Part shown: positions 6,408-14,435 of the stretch, piece by piece | Layout: the number at the start of each line of letters is the position of its first letter | How positions within the stretch are numbered: the first letter of the stretch is position 1 | NCBI GenBank assembly: GCA_000091165.1 | Contig: FP565575.1 | Location: 990,001 to 1,022,000 of the forward strand | Direction of reading: 5' to 3' | Source of the DNA: Candidatus Methylomirabilis oxygeniifera | Lineage (GTDB): Bacteria > Methylomirabilota > Methylomirabilia > Methylomirabilales > Methylomirabilaceae | DNA: 32,000 bases | Position numbers and translations under genes: made by a program | The notes under the pieces: generated by a model | Databases searched by the model: none | What the model saw: the letters and a program-made list of their open reading frames with translations, nothing else | What the model was told of the DNA's origin: nothing

Positions 6408-9400
6408 ATGCTTGGCAAGGCGAGCGGGTCAACGTTCCACGGAATAGAAAAGGGAGTAGAGGCGACCCAGGCGGAAGGATCCAGACCGACGAAGAATGGA
6501 CAGTGGAGTGAATCAGCCATCCGCGTCCTCAAAGAGCGTTACCTGATAAGGGACGCGACAGGTGTCAAGGAGACGCCGGAGGAGATGTGCTGGCGGGTCG
6601 CGGTGGCCATCGCCAAGGCTGAAGGGCAGTGGGGTAGAAGTGAGGCGGAAGCTCTCCAGGTTGCGGAGTCGTTTTACGATGTCATGGTTGACGGGAAGTT
6701 CCTTCCTAACTCTCCCACGATGATGAATGCCGGCAAAGAGAACGGGATGCAGTATTCGGCCTGTTTTGTGCTTCCCGTTGAGGATTCTATGGAGGGGATC
6801 TTTGAGGCGGTCAAAAGGGCGGCGATCATCCATCAGTCCGGCGGCGGGACCGGCTTTGCGTTCTCGCGCCTCAGGCCGAAGGATACCCTGGTGAAGTCAA
6901 CGGGCGGTAAGGCGAGCGGTCCCATCAGCTTCCTTCGGGTCTTTAATGCCGCCACCGAAGCCGTCAAGCAAGGGGGTGCCAGGCGAGGCGCCAACATGGG
7001 GATTCTCAAGGTGGATCACCCTGACATCCTGGAGTTCATCGACTGTAAGCTGGACGGCGGGATCACCAACTTCAATATCTCGGTGGCTACCACCGACACG
7101 TTCATGGACGCGCTGGCGAAGGACGAGACCTACGAATTGATCGATCCGCACACCAAGCTCGTCACCCGCCATCTTCCGGCTCGCGAGGTCTTTCAACGGA
7201 TGGTCCAGGCGGCCTGGCGGACCGGTGATCCGGGAATGATCTTCATCGATCGCATCAACGCGAGCCCGTCCAATCCGATTCCCCAGGATGAGCTGATCGA
7301 GGCCACGAACCCCTGCGTGCCTGGGGATACGTGGATTATGACCGATGTCGGTCCACGCCAAGTCCGGGATCTTCTTGGTAAGCCGTTTCGCGCTATCGTG
7401 GATGGGACCGGACATGCGAGCGGACTCGATGGCTTTTTCAAAACTGGCACACGCCCCTTGGTACGCCTTCGGACCGTTGAGGGCTATTCGTTGCGTCTCA
7501 CGGCGGACCACCGGGTCCGGAGGGTGACTAGGCTGACCCGCTATGCGTCTGTGACGGAGTGGACAGAAGCTGGGCAACTCCGCCCTGGCGATCGAGTGCT
7601 CCTCCATGATCACCGGGAGCTGACCGGATGGGGGGGAGCCTATACAGAAGGCGAGGGGTATCTCGTTGGTCTGTTAGTCGGGGACGGTACTCTGAAGAGC
7701 GACAAGGCGGTCCTCTCGGTGTGGTGTCCGGAAGTCGTCGCTGTCGCAAACGGACCGTCCGAGATTGGTGAGTCAGGAACCTGGGCCGTGATGCAGACTG
7801 CATGGAAGTACGCAGAATCTCTTCCTCATCGGTCGGATTTCAGGGGGTGGCTGCCCGTTCCGGGCCGGACCGAATTTCGTCTGTCGCTGGCCTATCTAAA
7901 GAAACTCGCAGGCGAAATGGGAATGGCGCCTGGACGGAAGGACATTACGCCTATAATGGAGCAGGCCTCTTCAGCATTCTATCAGGGATTCCTTCGAGGT
8001 CTGTTTGATGCCGATGGATCCGTCCAGGGATCGCAGAAAAAGGGAGTCAGTATCCGCTTGTCCCAAAGTGACCGAGAACGGTTGCTGGCCACCCAGCGCA
8101 TGTTGTTGCGCCTGGGCATCGTTTCCACGCTGTATGAGGGCCGCCGTCCGTCACAGGTTCGCCTGCTCCCCGACCAGCGAGGAGGCCAGCGAGGGTACGC
8201 CACGGCCGAACAGCACGAGCTTGTCATCTCGGGAGATAATCTCCTGCGCTTTGCCGAGCGTGTTGGCTTTTCTGACAGTGACAAGGCCCTCAGACTGCGG
8301 GCGTTGTGCTCAGCTTACAGGCGAACGGTGAACCGGGAGCGATTCACAGCCCGAGTGGTTTCTGTTACAGACGCGGGGACAGAAGATGTTTATGATGTGC
8401 AGGTCCCTGGGATTCATGCCTTCGATGCTAATGGCCTTTACGCCCATAATTGCGGTGAACAGCCGCTTGGACCCAATGACGCCTGCAATCTGGGCTCGAT
8501 CAATCTGGCGAGATTTTATCTTCCCTCGATTCCGGCGGATGCCAGGGTGACGGAGCGAATCGATTGGGTTGGCCTGGAGCAGGTGGTGCGGACGGCAGTC
8601 CGCTTCCTGGACGACGTGATCGACGTGAACCCCTATCCGCTCCAGGACATTACCGAGGAGGTTCGAAACAACCGGCGGATCGGCCTCGGGGTTATGGGCT
8701 GGGCCGATCTGCTGCTTGAGCTTGGCGTTCCCTACGACAGCGACGAGGCGGTGACGCTGGGTAATGAGATCATGGGATTCATTCGGCGAATCGGCCATGA
8801 CGCTTCCGAGAAGCTGGCAGAGGCGCGAGGGCCGTTTCCGCGTTGGTCGCGGAGCATTTACAAGGGCGGGAAACCGATTCGTAATTCCACCGTTACGACG
8901 ATTGCGCCCACCGGGACGATCAGCATCATTGTGGGTTGCTCTTCCGGGATCGAGCCGATCTTCGCCGTCGCGTTCAGCCACATCGTAGGAGACCGGCATC
9001 TGACCTTCGTGAATCCGATCTTCGAGGAGGTGGCGAAGCGGCGCGGCTTCTACAGCGAAGAGCTGATGCGGCGGGTGGCCGAGCGGGGGACGGTTCGCGG
9101 GCTTGAAGGCGTGCCGGAAGACGTTCAACGGGTCTTCGTCACGGCCCACGAGATCGAGCCTGCCCGGCACGTTAAAATGCAGGCAGCCTTCCAGAAGCAG
9201 ACCGATAATGGCGTCTCCAAGACGATCAATCTGCCGAACTCGGCGACGCCGGAGGATATCGCGAAGGCCTATATGATGGCATATGAGCTTGGATGTCTCG
9301 GGATCACGGTATTTCGCGATGGCTGTAAGGGCACCCAGGTCTTGCATCTCGGCACCGGCGCCAAGCCTGCCTTGAGCAACGTCGAGGAGCCCGCGCCGAG

Positions 9401-9998
9401 CTTGGCCGAAGAGCCTGCCGTAGGCGATGCCGAAGTGTCGGCAAGGCAGGGGGCGCCGCAAGCGATCCCAATCGTTTTGAAGACAGGCCTGGAGGCCGCG
9501 CTCAAGGTCAAGCCGAGGCCGCGGACCATGAAGGGCGTCACGTATAGGGCGGAGACGCCGCTTGGCACTGCCTTCGTTACCGTCAACCAGAATGGCGAAG
9601 GGGAGCCGTTTGAGGTCTTCGCCAGCGTCGGGAAGGCTGGGAGCGATACCTCTGCGGTGTCCGAGGCGATCGGTCGACTCATCTCGATGGTCCTCAGGCT
9701 GCCGTCACCAATGTCGCCCAGGGAGCGGGTCGGGCAGATCGTGAACCAACTGTCCGGCATCGGCGGCCGGCGACAGATGGGGTTCGGCAAGGATCGGGTC
9801 CGATCGCTGCCGGATGCTATCGCCCAGGTCCTGGCCGAGCATATCGGCCTCACCGAGCCCGGCGTTCAAGAGATGCAGGCAGCTCTTGGCAAGACGACCC
9901 AGAAAGCAGGCGACATGTGCCCCGACTGTGGCTCGGCAACCCTCGTCTACGAAGAGGGCTGTCAAAAGTGCTACTCCTGCGGGTTTAGTGAATGCTAG
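6408..9998 (+). CDS. nrdJ: Adenosylcobalamin-dependent (class II) ribonucleoside-diphosphate reductase, interrupted by an intein
   Basis: FLPNSPTMMNAGKENGMQYSACFVLPVEDSMEGIFEA, IIHQSGGGTGFAFSRLRP, NPCGEQPLGPNDACNLGSINL (across splice junction), C-terminal MCPDCGSATLVYEEGCQKCYSCGFSEC. AAAGGAGG precedes ATG 6408; the track start 6339 is the alternative. Confidence 0.95.
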   Translation: MLGKASGSTFHGIEKGVEATQAEGSRPTKNGQWSESAIRVLKERYLIRDATGVKETPEEMCWRVAVAIAKAEGQWGRSEAEALQVAESFYDVMVDGKFLPNSPTMMNAGKENGMQYSACFVLPVEDSMEGIFEAVKRAAIIHQSGGGTGFAFSRLRPKDTLVKSTGGKASGPISFLRVFNAATEAVKQGGARRGANMGILKVDHPDILEFIDCKLDGGITNFNISVATTDTFMDALAKDETYELIDPHTKLVTRHLPAREVFQRMVQAAWRTGDPGMIFIDRINASPSNPIPQDELIEATNPCVPGDTWIMTDVGPRQVRDLLGKPFRAIVDGTGHASGLDGFFKTGTRPLVRLRTVEGYSLRLTADHRVRRVTRLTRYASVTEWTEAGQLRPGDRVLLHDHRELTGWGGAYTEGEGYLVGLLVGDGTLKSDKAVLSVWCPEVVAVANGPSEIGESGTWAVMQTAWKYAESLPHRSDFRGWLPVPGRTEFRLSLAYLKKLAGEMGMAPGRKDITPIMEQASSAFYQGFLRGLFDADGSVQGSQKKGVSIRLSQSDRERLLATQRMLLRLGIVSTLYEGRRPSQVRLLPDQRGGQRGYATAEQHELVISGDNLLRFAERVGFSDSDKALRLRALCSAYRRTVNRERFTARVVSVTDAGTEDVYDVQVPGIHAFDANGLYAHNCGEQPLGPNDACNLGSINLARFYLPSIPADARVTERIDWVGLEQVVRTAVRFLDDVIDVNPYPLQDITEEVRNNRRIGLGVMGWADLLLELGVPYDSDEAVTLGNEIMGFIRRIGHDASEKLAEARGPFPRWSRSIYKGGKPIRNSTVTTIAPTGTISIIVGCSSGIEPIFAVAFSHIVGDRHLTFVNPIFEEVAKRRGFYSEELMRRVAERGTVRGLEGVPEDVQRVFVTAHEIEPARHVKMQAAFQKQTDNGVSKTINLPNSATPEDIAKAYMMAYELGCLGITVFRDGCKGTQVLHLGTGAKPALSNVEEPAPSLAEEPAVGDAEVSARQGAPQAIPIVLKTGLEAALKVKPRPRTMKGVTYRAETPLGTAFVTVNQNGEGEPFEVFASVGKAGSDTSAVSEAIGRLISMVLRLPSPMSPRERVGQIVNQLSGIGGRRQMGFGKDRVRSLPDAIAQVLAEHIGLTEPGVQEMQAALGKTTQKAGDMCPDCGSATLVYEEGCQKCYSCGFSEC
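7314..8450 (+). other. Intein (379 aa) with LAGLIDADG-type homing endonuclease domain, in frame within nrdJ
   Basis: Starts at Cys (CVPGDTWIMTDVG), splicing block GYSLRLTADHRV, LAGLIDADG-like GYLVGLLVGDGTL and FLRGLFDADGSV, C-terminal EDVYDVQVPGIHAFDANGLYAHN followed by Cys; removal restores EATNP-CGEQPL. Confidence 0.95.
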
Positions 9999-10117
9999 GC
10001 GGACAGAGACAGAAGGGGGCATTACGCCAAGGTGACCCACTACCGGCTCGAAGTAAACGCTACGACGAGGCCAATGTTGGTCAAGGAGGATAGTGCGTCA
10101 TACGGAAGGGAAACGCG

Positions 10118-11185
10118 ATGATGACCCTGCGACGCTTTTCCCGGAAGTTCGAATCCGTGCCGGCTGCGACATCCTGGTATCTCGCTGACCTCGGTGAGGC
10201 ACGAGGAAAGCAGGAATTGTTCACCCGCCAATCGCCACAGCGTCTCAAGGTTCTCCGGGAGCACGCGCTTATTGAAAGCGCCGTATCATCCAACCGGATC
10301 GAGGGCGTGGAAGTTGATCAATCACGAATCGCCACTATCGTCTTTGGTAAGGCGCTCCTGCGGGATCGTGATGAAGAGGAAGTCCGGGGATACCGGCAAG
10401 CCCTGACATGGATTCATGAGCAGGGCGCGACACTCCCTGTATCGGAAGAGACCGTTGTAACACTCCACCGTCTGACACGCGGGGAGATCTGGGACGCCGG
10501 GAAATATAAGGAGAAAGATGGCGACATTATTGAGAAGTTCCCGGATGGCCGGTCGCGGATCCGCTTCAAAACGGTGTCCGCAACAGATACGCCAGCCTGT
10601 ATGAAGGAGTTGATGGAACTCTACGGCGATGCCGTTGATGAACGTAGGATCCCCCCCCTTGTACTGTTGGTAGCCTTCAATCTGGATTTTCTCTGTATCC
10701 ATCCGTTTCGTGACGGCAACGGCCGTGTATCGCGGCTCCTGCTGCTCCTGCAGTGTTACCACCTGGGATTTGAGGTCGGCCGGTATATCAGTCTGGAACG
10801 CCTCATCGAACAGAACAAGGAACGATATTACGAAACCTTGGCGCAAAGCTCCCAGGGCTGGCACGAGGACAAACACGACCCTTGGCCATATATCAATTAC
10901 ATTCTTTCCATCATCAAGATGGCATATCGGGAATTCGAGCAACGCCTCGGCCAACTTCAGAGTCCTAAGGGTGAGAAAACAGGCCTCGTTCTTCAAGCTA
11001 TCGACAGAACTCTCGGCCCATTCAGCGTGACCGAAATTCAAAACAGGTGCCCGAGTGTCAGTGTGGATATGATCCGGCGGGTGCTGAAAAACTTACGAGC
11101 GAAAAACCACATTGAATGCCTTGGCCGCGGCCAGAACGCCCGATGGCAAAAAACCGCCAAGTGGCAATTGGGTAATGTCGAATGA
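10118..11185 (+). CDS. Fic family protein (class II-like, N-terminal inhibitory motif) with C-terminal helix-turn-helix-like region
   Basis: Catalytic HPFRDGNGRVSR; inhibitory-type SNRIEG ([S/T]xxxE[G/N]) near the N-terminus. Confidence 0.92.
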   Translation: MMTLRRFSRKFESVPAATSWYLADLGEARGKQELFTRQSPQRLKVLREHALIESAVSSNRIEGVEVDQSRIATIVFGKALLRDRDEEEVRGYRQALTWIHEQGATLPVSEETVVTLHRLTRGEIWDAGKYKEKDGDIIEKFPDGRSRIRFKTVSATDTPACMKELMELYGDAVDERRIPPLVLLVAFNLDFLCIHPFRDGNGRVSRLLLLLQCYHLGFEVGRYISLERLIEQNKERYYETLAQSSQGWHEDKHDPWPYINYILSIIKMAYREFEQRLGQLQSPKGEKTGLVLQAIDRTLGPFSVTEIQNRCPSVSVDMIRRVLKNLRAKNHIECLGRGQNARWQKTAKWQLGNVE

Positions 11186-11245
11186 ATTTGGTAACGAAAT
11201 GGGTAATAACAGAAGCAGAAGCCGGTATCTAGATGGTCCGATTGG

Positions 11246-11308
11246 ATTCCGTGTCAAGCACGGAATGACGGGCCAGAACAGAAAACGATGCTCCGCAGCA
11301 AGCTGCGG
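11246..11308. repeat. Intergenic palindromic repeat cluster
   Basis: ATTCCGTG-TCAAG-CACGGAAT (11246-11266, 8-bp arms) followed by CCGCAG-CAAG-CTGCGG (11293-11308). Confidence 0.6.
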
Positions 11309-11384
11309 GGTGATTCACTACATTTTGGGTGTACGAACGTGGTTCGTATAAACGGAGACTAGAGGTCTCGCGGGAGGATCTTAT

Positions 11385-11939
11385 ATGTCGATTAAATCAG
11401 ATGCGTGGATCAAGCGGATGGCGGTGGAGCATCAGATGATTGCCCCGTTCGAGGAGGGGCAGGTCAGGAACGGGGTGATCTCTTATGGTCTCTCGTCGTA
11501 TGGGTACGACATCCGGGTGGCAAACGAGTTCAAGATTTTTACCAATGTCAACACGACCATCGTAGATCCCAAGAACTTCGATGAGCGGTCGTTCGTCGAT
11601 TTCAAGGGCGATGTTTGCATCGTCCCGCCTAACTCGTTTGCGCTCGCCAGAACCGTTGAGTATTTCAGAATTCCGCGTAATGTCATGACGGTGTGTCTCG
11701 GAAAATCCTCGTATGCTCGCTGCGGGATCATCCTCAATGTAACTCCCTTCGAGCCGGAGTGGGAGGGGTTTGCGACCCTCGAAATCAGTAATACGACACC
11801 GCTCCCTGCCAGGATTTATGCCAACGAGGGGATCGCGCAAGTGCTCTTTTTTGAGAGCGATGAGCCGTGCCTCGTGTCGTATGCCGACAAGAAAGGAAAA
11901 TACCAAGCTCAGCACGATATCACGTTGCCGAGGATTTAG
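11385..11939 (+). CDS. dcd: dCTP deaminase
   Basis: [97 protein letters not shown]. Confidence 0.96.
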   Translation: MSIKSDAWIKRMAVEHQMIAPFEEGQVRNGVISYGLSSYGYDIRVANEFKIFTNVNTTIVDPKNFDERSFVDFKGDVCIVPPNSFALARTVEYFRIPRNVMTVCLGKSSYARCGIILNVTPFEPEWEGFATLEISNTTPLPARIYANEGIAQVLFFESDEPCLVSYADKKGKYQAQHDITLPRI

Positions 11940-12083
11940 AAGGCGTGTATCTGCGTTCTCTCTCTCGCTGCAGTAACCGTTGAGGGCGCACCGATCACCG
12001 TCAACAGTCGTAATCCTTGCCGTTTCAGTTCACACAAAAAATATTTATTTTTTTATACGATTTGTGTTGACAAGGAAAGAACG

Positions 12084-12106
12084 GTTGTTGTAAATATATC
12101 AACAAC
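12084..12106. promoter_or_regulatory. Perfect inverted repeat GTTGTTG-N9-CAACAAC, candidate operator
   Basis: Just downstream of TTGACA (12067-12072) and 17 nt before the GTG start of the HTH protein. Confidence 0.45.
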
Positions 12107-12123
12107 GCCAACGATGAGGTGGG

Positions 12124-12696
12124 GTGTTGTTGATCCGGCTATTTTCGTCAGAAGTACGTGTAAGTCTTCTTACCCTTTTTTTTACTAGGTTGGATAAGCG
12201 CTTTTATGTCAGAGAGTTGGCGCGACACCTTGGGCGGGATATTTCCGGGATCAAGCGAGAGTTGGATAACCTGGAGAGAGTCGGTTTGTTGGTGAGTGAA
12301 AAGGTTGGAAATCTTCGGTACTACCGGGCAAATAAGGCGTCACCCCTTTACACTGAGATGAAGGGAGTGATCGCAAAGACGACCGGTATCCATGCCAGTC
12401 TTCGAGAAGGGCTCAGAAAGATCAAAGGAATCCAGAGGGCCATGGTATATGGCACAGAGCAGCAGGAAGGCGACGAGAGCCTCGGCCCTGTTCGGTTAAT
12501 GGTGATCGGCCAGCTCGACCTGAACGAGCTGAACGAAGCAATAAGGGTGTTGGAAAGCCGCTTGAATCGTGAGATTAACTACCTGGTGTTTGATGAAGTC
12601 GAATATCAACGGAGAAAGGCAGAGGATGACCCGTTCCTGGCAGAAGTGCTTAAGGGTCGAAAGTCAATCCTGATCGGAACGGACGATGGCCTATGA
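12124..12696 (+). CDS. Winged-HTH fused to a degenerate nucleotidyltransferase (MNT-like) domain
   Basis: LFSSEVRVSLLTLFFTRLDKRFYVRELARHLGRDISGIKRELDNLERVGLLVSEKVGNLRYYRANK, then VYGTEQQEGDESLGPVRLMVIGQLDLNELNEAIRVLESRLNREINYLVFDEVEYQRR...DPFLAEVLKGRKSILIG. Confidence 0.8.
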   Translation: MLLIRLFSSEVRVSLLTLFFTRLDKRFYVRELARHLGRDISGIKRELDNLERVGLLVSEKVGNLRYYRANKASPLYTEMKGVIAKTTGIHASLREGLRKIKGIQRAMVYGTEQQEGDESLGPVRLMVIGQLDLNELNEAIRVLESRLNREINYLVFDEVEYQRRKAEDDPFLAEVLKGRKSILIGTDDGL

Positions 12697-13135
12697 GGAA
12701 CTTCGAGAACGGGGACTGGTTGAGGAAATTCGGCCTGACTTCCGCCAGGTTTCGTTGTTGCTTGCGCGCGCGTCGAAAGATTTAGCGACCGCCGGGGCCA
12801 ACTTAAGTATTGATAAAGCGTGGGCATATATCATCGCCTATCAAGCGATGTTAAGAGCGGCGAAGGCATTGGTGATGGCGGAAGGATGGCGCGTAAAAGG
12901 TCGTGATCAGGCGAGAACATTCGTCATATTGATAGGAGAGATTTTAGGTGAAGAGGGGCGCGCGCTTGTCAACGGCTTCGATCGCATGCGTCGTAAACGG
13001 CAGGACTTAATGGAGGAGCCGCAAACGCCGATCCCTCGGTATGAGGTGGAGGGAGCGCTCAAAGATGCACAAGCCTTAATTGAAAAGCTCGTAGAGCTTG
13101 CGCGTGAGAAAAATCCGCAGTTGGCGTTGTTGTAA
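12686..13135 (+). CDS. HEPN domain-like protein, partner of the upstream HTH-NTase protein
   Basis: Overlaps the upstream gene by 11 nt; YIIAYQAMLRAAKALVMAEGWRVKG and GFDRMRRKRQDLMEE fit the small HEPN fold in MNT/HEPN pairs. Confidence 0.7.
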   Translation: MAYEELRERGLVEEIRPDFRQVSLLLARASKDLATAGANLSIDKAWAYIIAYQAMLRAAKALVMAEGWRVKGRDQARTFVILIGEILGEEGRALVNGFDRMRRKRQDLMEEPQTPIPRYEVEGALKDAQALIEKLVELAREKNPQLALL

Positions 13136-13182
13136 CGTGACCGACTGGAAAGCCACGACATAGAAAGGGGGTGAGAACCTCA

Positions 13183-13272
13183 ATGGCAGCAGCGAAGAAG
13201 CCGGCAGCGAAGAAGGCGGCGCCAAAGAAGGCGGCGCCGAAAGCGGGAAAGAAGACGGGAAGAGGATGCTAG
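13183..13272 (+). CDS. Lys/Ala/Pro-rich 29-aa peptide, histone H1-tail-like (copy 1)
   Basis: MAAAKKPAAKKAAPKKAAPKAGKKTGRGC*; preceded by AGAAAGGGGGTGAGAACCTCA, shared with copy 2. Not in the supplied ORF track. Confidence 0.45.
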   Translation: MAAAKKPAAKKAAPKKAAPKAGKKTGRGC

Positions 13273-13324
13273 CCTCGATCAGCGGTGAGAGAGGCCTTCA
13301 CGAAGAAAGGGGGTGAGCACCTCA

Positions 13325-13381
13325 ATGGCAGCGGCAAAGAAAAAGGCGGCAACGAAGAAGACGGCGACCAAGAAGAAGTAG
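13325..13381 (+). CDS. Lys/Ala/Thr-rich 18-aa peptide (copy 2)
   Basis: MAAAKKKAATKKTATKKK*; preceded by AGAAAGGGGGTGAGCACCTCA, near-identical to the copy 1 leader 142 bp upstream. Confidence 0.4.
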   Translation: MAAAKKKAATKKTATKKK

Positions 13382-13478
13382 GAACGCTGTATGGCCTTGG
13401 TAACCGAGTGAGCCTCGATGAGTTGAGTATCGGAAAACGTTATTCGGTTACCTTGACGGTGGAAAGAGGCCACCCGCT

Positions 13479-13503
13479 GCTGGGGGGGGTATCCCCCCCC
13501 AGC
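13479..13503. repeat. Perfect 11-bp hairpin GCTGGGGGGGG-TAT-CCCCCCCCAGC
   Basis: Read directly from sequence; G8/C8 homopolymer arms with 3-nt loop. Confidence 0.8.
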
Positions 13504-13817
13504 CGGTATCATAATCACTTTATAATCATAATTCTTAACTGTAAGTTGCGGGTAACAGTGTAGTACGACGCCAGCAACCGCTCAAAACGTCGTAATCGAG
13601 TGGGGGTCTGTGTCAAGATACCCGGAGACAGGCATGATGAGTTCATAAAAGAAGGCTTAGAGTTTTCATCAATCGCCGTTCTTTCTTCTGTCCTCAACGC
13701 GAGCTTCGCAGCGCCCCACGCAAAGAAGGCAGACGCTCGCCAATCCCTCCGTGCATGTTGTTTCAGCCATCCGCTTCTCTTTACATCATCTCCGCTTTAT
13801 GCTATAGGAAAGTAGGA

Positions 13818-14435
13818 ATGGGAACGACTAGGTGTATACGGATCGTATGGACTGCAGTGGTCTGGATCGCCACAGCCCTGGCTTTTGGGGTGTTCGGTAA
13901 CGCATTGGCGGCGTCCGGTGAAGAGACACCCGGGTCTACAGCAGACGTTAAGATTACGAAATTCCATCTCGTGGAAACCAAGGATGGGAAGACGCTCTGG
14001 GAGGTGTGGGGCGATCGCGGTGAGATCTTTGAGAAGGGAGAGGTTGCAAAGGTAGTGAAGGTGGCGAATCCGGTGACCGTCGTACTCCATTCTGAGCACG
14101 GCAAGTTGACGGCTCGGTCCGATAGCGCTCGAGTGAATATGCGGACGAAGGATATCCGTCTGGAAGGTAATGTGACGGCGACCTCGGAGCAGGGGAATAG
14201 TCTGCAGACCGAGTCCCTGGACTGGTTGGCGAAGGATCGTCTCGTCTCCACTCGACTACCGGTTACACTGGTCAGAGGCCGGCTGACGAGTTGGGGTGTA
14301 GGGATGGAGGCGGAGACCGATCTTGAACGTGCGACGTTCTTAAGCCGTGTGCGGTCGCATGTGGCGCCAGAGAGTGTCGGGAAGAAGGCGAAAGGTGGTT
14401 CTCGCGCGCGAACGCGAAATGGAGGAACTCAGTGA
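13818..14435 (+). CDS. lptC: LPS export ABC transporter periplasmic protein LptC
   Basis: Signal/TM N-terminus; ADVKITKFHLVETKDGKTLWEVWGDRGEIFEKGEVAKVVKVANPVTVVLHSEHGKLTARSDSARVN; directly upstream of lptA and lptB. Track start 13755; AGGAAAG precedes 13818. Confidence 0.82.
   Translation: MGTTRCIRIVWTAVVWIATALAFGVFGNALAASGEETPGSTADVKITKFHLVETKDGKTLWEVWGDRGEIFEKGEVAKVVKVANPVTVVLHSEHGKLTARSDSARVNMRTKDIRLEGNVTATSEQGNSLQTESLDWLAKDRLVSTRLPVTLVRGRLTSWGVGMEAETDLERATFLSRVRSHVAPESVGKKAKGGSRARTRNGGTQ

Noticed and set aside
8310-9461. 383-aa minus-strand ORF antisense to nrdJ
   Set aside because: Low-complexity Arg/Pro/His-rich translation; the opposite strand encodes well-conserved NrdJ. A codon-bias shadow ORF.
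13162-13320. Lys/Ala codon repeats (GCGGCG...AAGAAG) considered as a CRISPR-like or tandem DNA repeat array
   Set aside because: No regular repeat/spacer spacing; the periodicity comes from Ala/Lys codons within short ORFs. No CRISPR array was seen anywhere in the window.
13285-13563. 92-aa plus-strand ORF across the second Lys/Ala-rich peptide and the G8/C8 hairpin
   Set aside because: A different frame from the leader-preceded peptide; it reads through a homopolymer hairpin and shows no recognisable domain. The short KA-rich frame is better supported.
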